A DNA stretch of 64,000 nt from Amoebophrya sp. A120 (lineage: Eukaryota; Protista; Dinoflagellata), in the NCBI GenBank assembly GCA_905178155.1, contig CAJINV010000004.1, forward strand, positions 4,201,082 through 4,265,081, read 5' to 3'. Within the stretch, counting starts at the first letter, position 1, and each line of letters begins with the position of its first letter. This document shows positions 53,251-64,000 of this stretch, in pieces. The notes beneath the pieces are model-generated. The model had not been told where the DNA came from. It saw only the letters and a program-made list of their open reading frames with translations, and did not search any database. The position numbers and the translations under genes are program-made.

Positions 53251-55820
53251 ATGGTGACGCTGTTGGAGGACAACACGATCGGCGCGGGAGCAGGAGGCGC
53301 CGATCTGGTGAATAAGAACGAAGACCGCAATGACAAGTTGCAGAACAAACTCTTCTACAGTCCGCCCGGGCGGCTGATCCCCACCAAGGAGCTGACGATT
53401 GGCACGCCCTCACACTTCGCGTCGAACAAGGCGACTTTGGCAAGTTCCGGGAGTACGGCGACCACGGCTGCGTCAACGGTCGCGAATGGAGGCCGTTCTG
53501 GGAACAACTATTCCGGCACTGTGGATGCTGCCGCGGGGAGTGGCGGCGGCTACAGTCCGGGCACGGCTTCCAACTTCGACGTGCTGTCGCCGTTGAGCTC
53601 TGCAGGAGCTTCGGGGAAGATGAACATGAACAGTACAGGCATGCGCAGTCCGAAGAGCGACAACTTCGCGGTGCCCTACAACAACAATCTGAAGATGCCG
53701 GCGCTGAAGCGCGAGTCCTCTTCCCCGAAACACACCCGGTCGATCTCTCGCCAGTACTCGAAGGAATCGTCGGAGAACTTCTTGTATCAAATGCAAAAGT
53801 ATCGTACTCATATGAATGCAAGTCTTGCATTACAAATCTTTTTGTTTTTATTAAGGCAAATCCGCATGACAAAGACAAATTCCATTTCTCGCTAAGGAAA
53901 TTTGTATTGCAATTTATACTGATACAACGATATTTTTGCAATGCATATCTTGCTTTCCGAGTTCGATGCGCCCTGGCCCGCGACGGCGGCGGAGAGCGAG
54001 TACGGACAGAATTCTGGCCTGCGCTCTCCCAAGTATTTGTTGTCCGACTACCGGCAGAAGCTGGAGAGCTACCTGCGCGAATACTTCCTCGGCGGAGATT
54101 TTCAGGTATAAGTACACATTTCTTGTAGTTATATGCAAAACATGCATCAAGGCCCGTGTTTGTCTTTGTCATGCAAAAACTGGATGGGTGGTCGCGGTAT
54201 GATTCACCTTTTTGCTGGATATTGGTATGAAAATCAATCTCTAGTAATAGTCCACCCCCTCCTAGTGCAAAAGCTGAAATGAATTTTGGTGATCTTACAA
54301 ATCTTACGTACATGTTGATTCAAACCTCCTAAAATAAAAATTTCATCAGGCTTTTGTCGAACTGGTGTTCGCTTTGCGTTGTGACGGCTTCAACGACATT
54401 CTGGTCGCGAAAATCTTCCGCACCGGCGTGGACATCACCCCGACGCGATCCGCGGACCACCCCCTCTCCTGGGAGAACCTGTTAAAGGGGCTGTTGCAGG
54501 AGCAGGTGATTTCGCAGACGGAGCTCCTCCGGGGGCTGTACGGCTTTTGCTGTTCGGTATCCGACTTGGAAAAGGATGTCCCGAATGCCAGTATTTTGCT
54601 GCTGAACTTTTTCGCGAACGTGTTCACGGAAGAGGCTCCGATGTACAGCGGCACGGGTTCGGGGGATCAGTCGTCCGGGCAAACCACCGCGTCTGGGAAC
54701 GAGGACGAGTACGACTACGATCTGAATGACAGCCAGGCTGGACAGTCTACGGCCGTCCCTAGTCTGATCACGCCCACGAACAACCAACGCATGCTGGTGG
54801 TCACCACGCGGTCTGGCACGAAGACGCGCGGTCGCGTGCCCGCGGAGATTTTCTATCGCTTTCCCGAGGACGTGCTGCGCAAGCACGGGTCGCCGACGTA
54901 CGTGGCCATTGCGGACGAGCTGCGCGACCACAAGAAGGTCCTGCAGAAGGTGTTGCGGGATTTCATCCGGACGAAGGACTACGAGCGGGTGAAGATGAAT
55001 TTGATGGACTTGGAGTCGCAAAGCCTCTTCTGCTATGCAGTGCAAATATGTCTGGATCTGCAAGGTTGCAACTTGTGATGCGCATCTTAGATCACTGCAA
55101 AATTTGTATTGCAAAACTAGCAGAAGTTGTCTATTTTTGGTCATGATGAGACCGGATTTCTCATGCAGAGTAGGCATCATGAAGCTGCTTTCGAAGAACC
55201 TGTGGTACTGGTCGCTGCATGCCAGACTCTACTCTGGGTCATGCGCAACCTGCATTACAAACATGTGCATTCATCCAGACTCAGACATATTTGCAATTCA
55301 TATCTGCCACGAGTTCGTGAAGCGCGCGATCTTGATGTCGTTGGATTTCACGCTCGTCGATCAGAAAGCGGTGTGCGGCTTGCTGCAGAGACTGCGGAAT
55401 GACGGTATAAGTTTTTTGTACGATGAAATTGAAATTGCAACTACGAAAACTACGAATACATTTACATACCAAAACTTTTGCTTCTTCTGATGCACGCATA
55501 GTATCACGACGTCAACACACTAGTAGCTTTTGCATGGTGATGCACTAGACGATCTTGTTCTATGCCATGTAGAATCAAACAGCAAGTAAACAAAAACATT
55601 CCCATCTTCTAATATGACATAAAACTTTATCAGGTCTCGTCCGCAGTGAGGACTTGCAGCACGGGATTGCGCTGGTTCTGGGGCGGTTGGACGACGTTTT
55701 GATTGATGTCCCCAATGCCAAGCGGATGGTAGCGGACATTTTCGTGCAATTTGTCAAGATGGAGATTATCCCGGCAACGTTGCTGAAGAAGGAGCAGTAT
55801 GAATTGCAAAAGCACCGTAC

Positions 55821-55851
<31 letters not shown>

Positions 55852-56862
55852 CGCATTACAAATCAGCTCAGCAGGAATTTGTGATGGTGTTTTACCTCGG
55901 GATGAAGATTTGTAATGCATGACTGCGATTACTACGAGCGCGATGCTTTTGCACAGGATAAGCAGCAGCTGCAGTACGGCATGCTTGCGGGCGTGGAGGT
56001 GTTGACGGAAGTGCTGCACAAGACACCGGAGTACTCCCGCCAAATCTGGAACGGGATCGACGAGCGGTCGCTGTTTCAGGAGATGGAGTTGGCGATTGAA
56101 GAGCACTTCGATTCCTACGATTGCGAGGAAGTGGCGCGGATCTTGACGGAACTGCACCTGACCCGGGAACTGAAAATCAAGTTCCTGCGCCGGTTACTGC
56201 TGTACTCCATCGAAAAACGGGACGTGCACACTGGTATAGAAAAAGATGCATGAGAAGTTTTTCAACGTTGATCATACTGTCCTCGTCTTGGAAGTGATTG
56301 ACTTCATTTGCAATCGGTCATGCAAAAAGTGATACAGTTACAGTGTGTGTAATGCAGACTACCGATTTTTCACCATGAATGACATGACTGATTTATGCGA
56401 ATCTGTCCAAAAAAGGTTTGAACCTGATTTCCTACCTGCACGGCAACGGTTCTTTTCTCGCCGCGGACGCGAAGGCCAAGATGCAGCTGGTGGAGGACTC
56501 GCTGGAGTCTATCCGGTGCGATATCGCACGAAAAAGGTGTTTCACTGTAAGGGTTTTGCAAGTTTCGCATCAGAAGTTCCTGACACATGACTAAGAAAAC
56601 TTCGCATGCGCACTTCCTAACGGAAAGCACACCTAGAAATTCAATGTCCTGCATGTGCAGCACGACAAACACTTCTGTGTTCCATTCTATGCATCACAAG
56701 TTTACAGTGAAGCAGTTTTGTCTTTCGATATGCGACAGCGATGAATTAATCGTCGACCAACCGGACATCGAGGAGGCGACCAGCTACGTCGTGGACCAGA
56801 TGTTCCGCTACGGACTGATTTCCGGGGAATACTACCGCTTGGACCAGCAGTACATGGTGTAG
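53251..56862 (+). CDS. MA3-domain protein (PDCD4-like); 4 introners and GT-AG introns 54106-54349, 55405-55633, 56234-56415
   Basis: YLREYFLGGD, SDLEKDVPNA, HEFVKRAILMSLD, DDVLIDVPNA, IEEHFDSYD MA3-type repeats. Confidence 0.82.
53785..53947. mobile_element. Introner family A
   Basis: TSD TCTTG. Confidence 0.9.
55034..55302. mobile_element. Introner family F
   Basis: TSD TCTGC. Confidence 0.92.
55798..55960. mobile_element. Introner family A with (AGT)n expansion
   Basis: TSD AGCAG; about 10 AGT units at 55822-55851. Confidence 0.9.
56522..56730. mobile_element. Introner family L
   Basis: TATCG..TTCACTGTAA / TTACAGTGAA..CGATA; TSD TGCGA. Confidence 0.87.
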
Positions 56863-59800
56863 AGATTCTTCTTCGTGGTCTACTACATCTAGAAGTACAC
56901 TCCGATATCATGACGACAGCAGCATCACAAAAAAACGTCGACACTCAATGAACAGCAAGTGAAGTATCACTGTATTGAGAAAATATGAGTAAGAGTATGA
57001 ACAAGAACAGGAGCGGAAAATCAATACTCTGTGCATTTAGTTGTATGATCTCTATCTACAAACGAACTACAATGAAACTTAAGGAGTACTACGAATGAAC
57101 TGATATTATGCCAATTTACCAATTTACAATTAACATTCAACCTTATTCAACCAAAATCTGGATACAACTTCCTGGGGAGAACTACGGCATTCGGTTTATC
57201 AGGAGCGGAAACAATCGATGCCTTCGAAGATGAAAGGCGGTATCCAAGATACACAACTCAATTATTAACTATGTCATTGCAACAGATTCTAGTACGACCA
57301 GTACAAATTCAGTAAATGTAAAATCGAGATAGCATTGCCGATGGATTATTACGGTGACATTCAACATCTGAGTAAAAAGAAAAAGATACAACAACATCAG
57401 GAGAAAAGTTGTAGGTAAGTAACCGTTTTTATGACACATCATCACGACAAGTACAACGACATCTTCTAGTAGCACGACTTCATGACAAAGATTATGGCGA
57501 GAGTAGAGAACAGAAAAGATTCAAAAATACGCAATCAATTTCAAAAGTAGCGGCGGATCACTGTCGACGACAGACGAGGCGATAAGTTTTTTTTAGGTTA
57601 CTTGCGCTGCATACCAGTTGCAGCTGGTAAATTGAAGGTAAAATAACAAACTTAACACTGGTCCCCGCTACAGTATAACATACTTTTCTGATTATGGACT
57701 CGTAAAACACATTTTCCGATCCGACGCTGTCGTTGGCGCTTTTTTTCGTCAATAGCAGTCGAGGACCTAGAGCATCAAGAAAGCCAGTGAGATTGATTGT
57801 GAGGACACAGGAGTATGTAAACATAGCTTACTATACAACCGAAAAAACTAAAACAACAAAAAAAAACATCGTGCATGACCTATTCTTTCGAATTATTCAG
57901 TCCAGAAATTACCGAAAGACCTTGTGACAGGTATTTCTTCAACATCTAGACAAATACCAAGCCAAACCTAATCTAGCAAGGTCATTTTTTCACGACGTAT
58001 TTTGATCTTCTTGCACCTCGATTCTACTGTGCAAGAACTTCTTTTTGACATATTTTCTTTCAGTCCTTTCCAGTAACACCGTCCCTTGCTCCTCTTTGAG
58101 AGGAATTTTGCTCCTGTTTTTTTGAATGTATCAAACAGCGCGTCCTCGACTTTTCGTCGACGAGCTTAGCGTATAATTATCATCCCTGTATTTGTACAAG
58201 CGTTTTTGATACAACTAGTACTCAAAGTTTTGGACAGAAATTCTAATTTCAGAGTCCTATCGCACAACAAGGAGCACTTCGATTGACCTTCGCTTGCAGC
58301 CGCTCGACGGAACGCTAAACTGACTGTCGGTGGTTCTCCGGTCGAGAGGCTGTAAGTGGATGCAACGTTGATTTCGCGATTCGACTCGGCAATTTTGGCA
58401 AATTTACCTTTCCCACCTCGACAGTGACAGTCGATCGAGACAATTTGTTAAACTGCATATAGAACAATTCCTAGAATTTTCAGCATAAAGGACGAAAAGC
58501 ATAAAAAGGTTTTCGACAAACGACCCAACAAGACCACCGGGCTGAGCAAATTCTTCTGCAAAATGACACGACTTCTTGTCTCGAATTACAACACGACCTT
58601 TTGACTATTGTTTCTTGACTATCATCTTGTCCCCTTCTTGATGCATTTTTTGACAACTATTTTTTTTGAAAACGACGAACATGCTGCCCTACCTGCAAGT
58701 GATCCATTCTGCTTCGAACGGTCTGTGTAAGTATATTTCTGACGAAGCGAATGGTCCTCGTGTGGGTGTAGGTAGCTAAATTTCTGCAAATTTTGGCGAC
58801 CTTCTTTTTGACGGCTATACCTACCAAACAACATACTCATAAGTCTACCCACTACATTGGTCTAAGCGGCTTCTACAGCTTATGCTTAAGTGAATAGAGT
58901 CACGCCGCGGCGACGATCACGCATTCAACCCGTCGAGCGTACATCCGCTGGAATAAACTGAAGAGCAAGCACGGACTACTTTTTTGTGTCGATTACGATT
59001 TCTGACACGACAACATATATCGAGAACAAGGAAGAGATGCGGCACTTAAAGTTGCGCATCTTGACCTCCTCGAGCAGCGCTCTCGCCACGGCACAAGAAG
59101 ACGAGAGAATTTATTCGATTTACTTTTGCCCCAACATGTAGTTTTGACAACTTTCTTGAATGAACTTCTTTCTCAATGCTTGTACAAATGCCATCACCAG
59201 CACACATTGTTTATTCCGTGTCAAACTTTTTGGTACAACTTTTACCGGACAGATCTATACAGAGAACAGGAGTACGGACATAAACTAGACAAAAAAAAAA
59301 ACAAAGCAGCACAAGGAACGGTCAATTTACTATACAGCGTTTTTGTGTAGAATTAGATAACCTACCTTTTAGAAGTTTCACGAAAACAACACAAAACGGC
59401 GGACAGTGCTAGCAGCCGGATCAGTAGTTGCATCGCACCTTTCTCCTAGACCGATGAGAAACATGCATAGTGTGCCGCGCTGCGACCCCTTCCACCAGGA
59501 CATTCTAATCACCACTATGCAGCCGCAACAAAAATCTGTCGCTCTACTGAAGAAGGTGCTGAAAAGCAAAAAGGCAGCCGATCAACTTCCAGTTCCATTT
59601 ACTTCCATGGTGCCGCCACAGCTGCTATTAATTTCTGCTTTTGCTCTTTGCAATTATTGCATCTGTCTTCGGCCGTCGTGCATGTACAATTCATTTTTGA
59701 ACCAATTTGTGCAAGAATGCAGCGAAAAGCAAGGCGAACTTCACTGAAACAATAAGCCTTGAAAAACACTCTTTAGCAAAAACCGAATGCTTTCAATTCG

Positions 59801-60309
59801 AATGTACAATGCAAAGAAAAACGAAAATGAAAAACAGCTGGACCACGTCCTAAAGCGGGGAGTAGAAGATAATTGAATCGTCTTGAAGTGTTTTCGTTTG
59901 AGTCGTCAATATTGGACCTCTTCTTGTTAATACCGCGCAACACAATTCATCGTTCATCTGTGAACATCTTCGTGCTGCGATTCGTTCCGTTCTTCTTGAA
60001 CCCTGTCGTCCATATCAATCGTAAGTACGACCAGCGGACCGCCTTCGTCTCTAGATGCAATTCGTCTTCGTCGTTATCTTCGTCATCAGGAAAAAATTGT
60101 TGTCCTTCATCGTGTTCACATTTTTATGAGTCGTCTCCAACACCTTTTCCCCATGCGCTCAGGAGGTCGCTCCTTACTCGCAGGTGGTACTTATTCACCC
60201 CAGAAATCCAAATCCCTCTCCAATTTTCACCGGTTTTATTCGAGTTAAATTTGCCCTCGCGTAGTTGACGTGGTGCTCTTCTTCTACACAAACGAGTAGA
60301 ACGACGATC

Positions 60310-62320
60310 ATGATGAAGCCATCTGCAGGAAAATTCTTTTCCTTTTGCGGGCCTTGCTGCAATCTGGTGGCCCTCTTCGGAGCGTTGCTAGTCCTGGTTG
60401 CACCATTGTGCCTCAAGTTTCACCTCGTGGCGGACGAGGGAAGTTATTTCCCCTCAGCATCCTGGTCGTGGTCTACTTTTTCGTCCCCGCCAGACAAGGA
60501 CCACTACATTTGGGCAGGTGGTCCTGACGATCAAGACGGCGAGAGCGAGAAGAATCTTCAAAACCTGAACCTCCTCTGGCTGGGAAAAGAAGAACAGGAC
60601 CACGACAGCGACGACGCCCTCTACTTCTACGATGACGACGATGAAAACGACATCGAGCTCGAGCTCCACGACGACCACGTTGCCAACCAGTTTTCCTTTT
60701 CGTGGAAAAAAGCGGCAAAAGCCTGGGTGGAGGAAATTATCTCCAAGCTGTTTTTGTTTCGGTCCGCCTCCGCGGCAAGCCATGCAGTCTTTACCATGCT
60801 TGTTGGCGAGCAGGAGAGCGAAGATTTGTTGTTCGCAAAAAATAAACGTCATTTAACCAGCTCCTCGTCATCAAGCAGTACATCAACTCGTCGCCGCCCG
60901 ACCACAACCACCTCTCGCCGCCGCCGGTCTACTTCCTCGAACAATGGCAGCGGATCAGGCGGAGGGGGAGGCACCACTGCTCTCTTGATTATTCTGATCG
61001 TCGTCGGCTGCATTATCCTTCTCTGTACCTATTCTTGGCTCATGGATTATTTGAACAGGAGAACTATCCAGGCAAACCTGACAAAGGCGTATGAGGTCAT
61101 GAAAAAGGTGCGGGAAGCGGAGATCAGTAACGCGAGAAATGCGCTCGAAGACGAGGGGAAGTACGTCCAGGCGGAGGAATTTGTTCAAAGTGAACTCAGT
61201 GGAAAGAAATGGACCACCATGCCGGATGTTACCAGGCCAGGTGAGTACTAAGTATTACTTATGTGTATGGCCTCGTCAAAGAATCAACGTTCTGAATTTG
61301 AGGCTAGAAAAAATAAACTCTATCCTCCATCGGTTCTCTTACACGTGAACTTTCTGACTAAGCTGGTCGTGCTTGTTCAGCTCTACTTTTGTTACTCTCT
61401 ATGTCATAAATGATCACTGCCAAAAATCATTCAACAGGCTGCGGCGAGGAATTGGAGATCCTGAGAGCGACGAAAGCCGCCGTCTCTTCCGCGGCCAGGT
61501 GCATATCAAAGAAGGCCGGGCACCGGGCAAGCCTCTGGGCACCGATGTTCAATCCCAGGTCGAGGGTGTCGTGCTCAGTGGAAAAAAACCGAGCGAAATT
61601 GTGCTTCTGTGGTCGGAGTCCTGGAATAGCCATCTGGGCACGCCGCATTTCACGACCGAGTGCCGAGCGAAGGTGCAAGTGAGGGGCGGAACTTTGAGCG
61701 GAAACAAGCCAAGTGAAGACGAAAATGCGAAGATCACGTTTGAGTTGATGCGTCTCCAGTGGCTGCCGAACGTGATTCTGGCGGACAAATGGCAGGAAGT
61801 TGCGAAACAATCGGACCAAATGGAAGCGTTGAAATCTGAGGAAACATTTAAAAACTCTTCGTCGGGCGACGATGCTTTGGTGCAAGAGGTGTTTGATACC
61901 GCGAACACCAAGCAGGTGGCGATCCAATCGCCGCTGATGGACTTTCTGGGCGGAAGGTTGACACTGTACCCTTCTGTTGCAGTGCCGCCACAATTGTCGG
62001 CTGGTGGGAATAGTGATGTCACTCCCGCCGCTGGCACGAAGCCCACGAAGCCCTTCTCGCGCGCCAGCATGCGAAAGGTCGGAGTTTTTGACTCGGTCAG
62101 AGCTGGAAACCCCTTCTTTCGACGCAGTGGAGGCGGTGGTCCTGCTTTGGGTGGAGATCCTGAGCAGGCTGGTGGCGAAAACAATGCTGAGGAGCCAATT
62201 GATGCGGAGGAAGAGCCGGTCGTTGAACTAGCGGAGCAAATTGGAGGGGAAGCCGCGGAAGAAACCACGGCTGCGAACGAAGTTGGGCAAGAGGATGCCG
62301 GTGGGGACAAAACAGCATGA
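60310..62320 (+). CDS. Hypothetical membrane protein; intron ~61245-61437; true 3' end uncertain (may lie at 63800-63848)
   Basis: Signal-like N-terminus and TM segment ALLIILIVVGCIILLC; ORFs 60265 and 61373 join via GA|GTAC..CAG|G. Confidence 0.6.
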
Positions 62321-62380
62321 CAAATTCTATTTGTCATGCATGGCGACGCCGGCGGGGACGACGGTGGTGGCGAGTGAAGT

Positions 62381-62539
62381 GGCCCAAGGTCAAAGAATAG
62401 ATCTGTGATGCTGCTGAACTATCTCAACCAGAACTACACTGCGATTCCAAATTTGTCATGCAAAACAGCCAAAACTCGTGGACTTGTCTAGCCTATTCCG
62501 CATCTTGACTCTGGTATGGGGACGTTTTTACTCAGGATA
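62381..62539. mobile_element. Truncated family B introner (right end only)
   Basis: TGGGGACGTTTTTACTCAGGATA present; no left TIR or matching GACCA upstream. Confidence 0.7.
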
Positions 62540-63802
62540 GACCAGATGGAGGGGTTTTTATCCTCCGAACAGGAGGAAAACCGGACCAGCAGCCGAATTG
62601 AGGTTAGCCAAGGGACCTCCGCCCCACAAGAACTCGAGCCGCAGTCGCAGGGTACTACCGCGAGCTCCGTGGTCGACCCAAACACGCCGGTGGTGTCGTT
62701 TCTGGGGGAGCAGCAGCAGTATCTGATGTCTTCGCGACAGAATTCCCCGCGAAACAGCGCGGCGACCGCCGTGGCTGGAGAAGGAGATGCTGGAAGTGAA
62801 TCCGTTAGGGGACTACAGAAGAGCGGTGCGACTGAAATAAAATCCTCCGTCGCCACTGTTTTACCGGCAGGAAGAACGAACACGACTATTGCAAGAACCA
62901 AGGTGATTCCTAATACTGTCATCCTCCAAGAAGATGACTACACTAACGGTCGCGTTTCAGCAGCAGCAGCAGGAACCTCAAATGACCTCCGTCGTTTGAC
63001 GCTGATGAGCACGGAGACGCCTTTCCAAAGCAAGGCGGACGAGACCGCGGCAGCACAGGCGTCGGCCAACACTGTCGCGTTGGTGCAGGACATCTGGACG
63101 CCGGCTGACGCAGTCATCAACGGAGAACTAGAGGAGAAGAAGCTGGAACTGACGAGAAGCGCTGTTTTGCAGCAGTTGCGGGATCTGCAACAGAAAAAGA
63201 TCGTAAACGACGAAAAAGTGATTTCCGACGTGAAAGCGCGCATCGCGATCCCATCTGAAGCTGTCGAGCCGCACATGATTTTTCAGGACGGGATGCGGTT
63301 GACCTACATTCACCCAGAAACGGGGGAGAAATTGAGAAGGCCGGCGAGTCCCGAGCGGAAAATCCGAGATAGGGATGGAGACAGGAAATGGATCAAATTC
63401 GAAGAAGATTACAGCATCCAAATCACCGCGAACTACAACAATTGCAATGAGGAGTTGTTTGTTGACGGGAAAAAACGGACGGTTTCCATCCCGGGCGCCT
63501 GCTTCTTGCCGAAAAAGGCGCCGAGGATCAATTCCCGGCTGTTCACGTTCCGAAGGGATATGCTTTTGCCAACCTGGGTGAACCAATTCTCGGTTTTGTG
63601 GGAAAAGCGGAGAAAATCTTTGGCACACTTGGAGGAGATGTTGGACGCGTTGGAACTGGCCCCGGAGGTGTTGCAGCGGGCGTCGAACTTCCACGCGAAC
63701 ACCAGCAAAGTGAATTACACGGACCTAGATTTCGCCAAATTACCGCTGCAACACAGCAACCACAGAGATGAAAAGGAGGGACGGTTGTTGGATAGGAGAT
63801 GA
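62540..63802 (+). CDS. Exon-like ORF of an unknown protein lacking its 5' exons
   Basis: About 420 open codons with coding-like composition, starting directly after an orphan introner end. Confidence 0.5.
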   Translation, partial: DQMEGFLSSEQEENRTSSRIEVSQGTSAPQELEPQSQGTTASSVVDPNTPVVSFLGEQQQYLMSSRQNSPRNSAATAVAGEGDAGSESVRGLQKSGATEIKSSVATVLPAGRTNTTIARTKVIPNTVILQEDDYTNGRVSAAAAGTSNDLRRLTLMSTETPFQSKADETAAAQASANTVALVQDIWTPADAVINGELEEKKLELTRSAVLQQLRDLQQKKIVNDEKVISDVKARIAIPSEAVEPHMIFQDGMRLTYIHPETGEKLRRPASPERKIRDRDGDRKWIKFEEDYSIQITANYNNCNEELFVDGKKRTVSIPGACFLPKKAPRINSRLFTFRRDMLLPTWVNQFSVLWEKRRKSLAHLEEMLDALELAPEVLQRASNFHANTSKVNYTDLDFAKLPLQHSNHRDEKEGRLLDRR

Positions 63803-64000
63803 AAAAAAGGATGGCGACGCCGGCGGGGACGACGGTGGTGGCGAGTGAAGTCAATGCGCCAAAGGACGATATTGGAAGAATTTCGTCTTACATTTGCCCG
63901 GGTTCCAGAGCTTGTGCCAGGGAGACATAGTGGCGCATGCAGGTACTATCAGTTTTGGTATGATTGAGATTGAGTTCGTGTTTTGCATCATTTTTTTTTA

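Overview
Eukaryotic window, most likely a syndinian dinoflagellate such as Amoebophrya (inferred from intron architecture, not from a search). It holds about 12 genes, all on the + strand: a C2-like protein, an MFSD5-type transporter, cytosolic MDH, a 2OG-Fe(II)-like/dead RNase HII fusion, an A1 aspartic protease, a PPP phosphatase, an MA3/PDCD4-like protein and hypotheticals. The main feature is a system of 39 complete and 1 truncated non-GT-AG transposon-like introns (introners) of 121-310 bp in about 12 sequence families. All interrupt coding sequence. All start TAT and end ATA (one ends AAA), carry terminal inverted repeats and are flanked by a 5-bp target duplication (28 perfect). Several families occur in both orientations, and most copies share an internal GCAT(G/T/C)ACAA motif. 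Removing an element plus one duplicate copy restores the reading frame, even inside the MDH catalytic His codon and a stop codon. Mismatched duplications suggest a fixed N-TAT...ATA-NNNN splice geometry. Other highlights are a 5.4-kb non-coding element with nested inverted repeats and satellites inside a GT-AG intron, a duplicated MDH first exon, and a possible gene-capture or rearrangement at the right end. All coordinates were read by eye.
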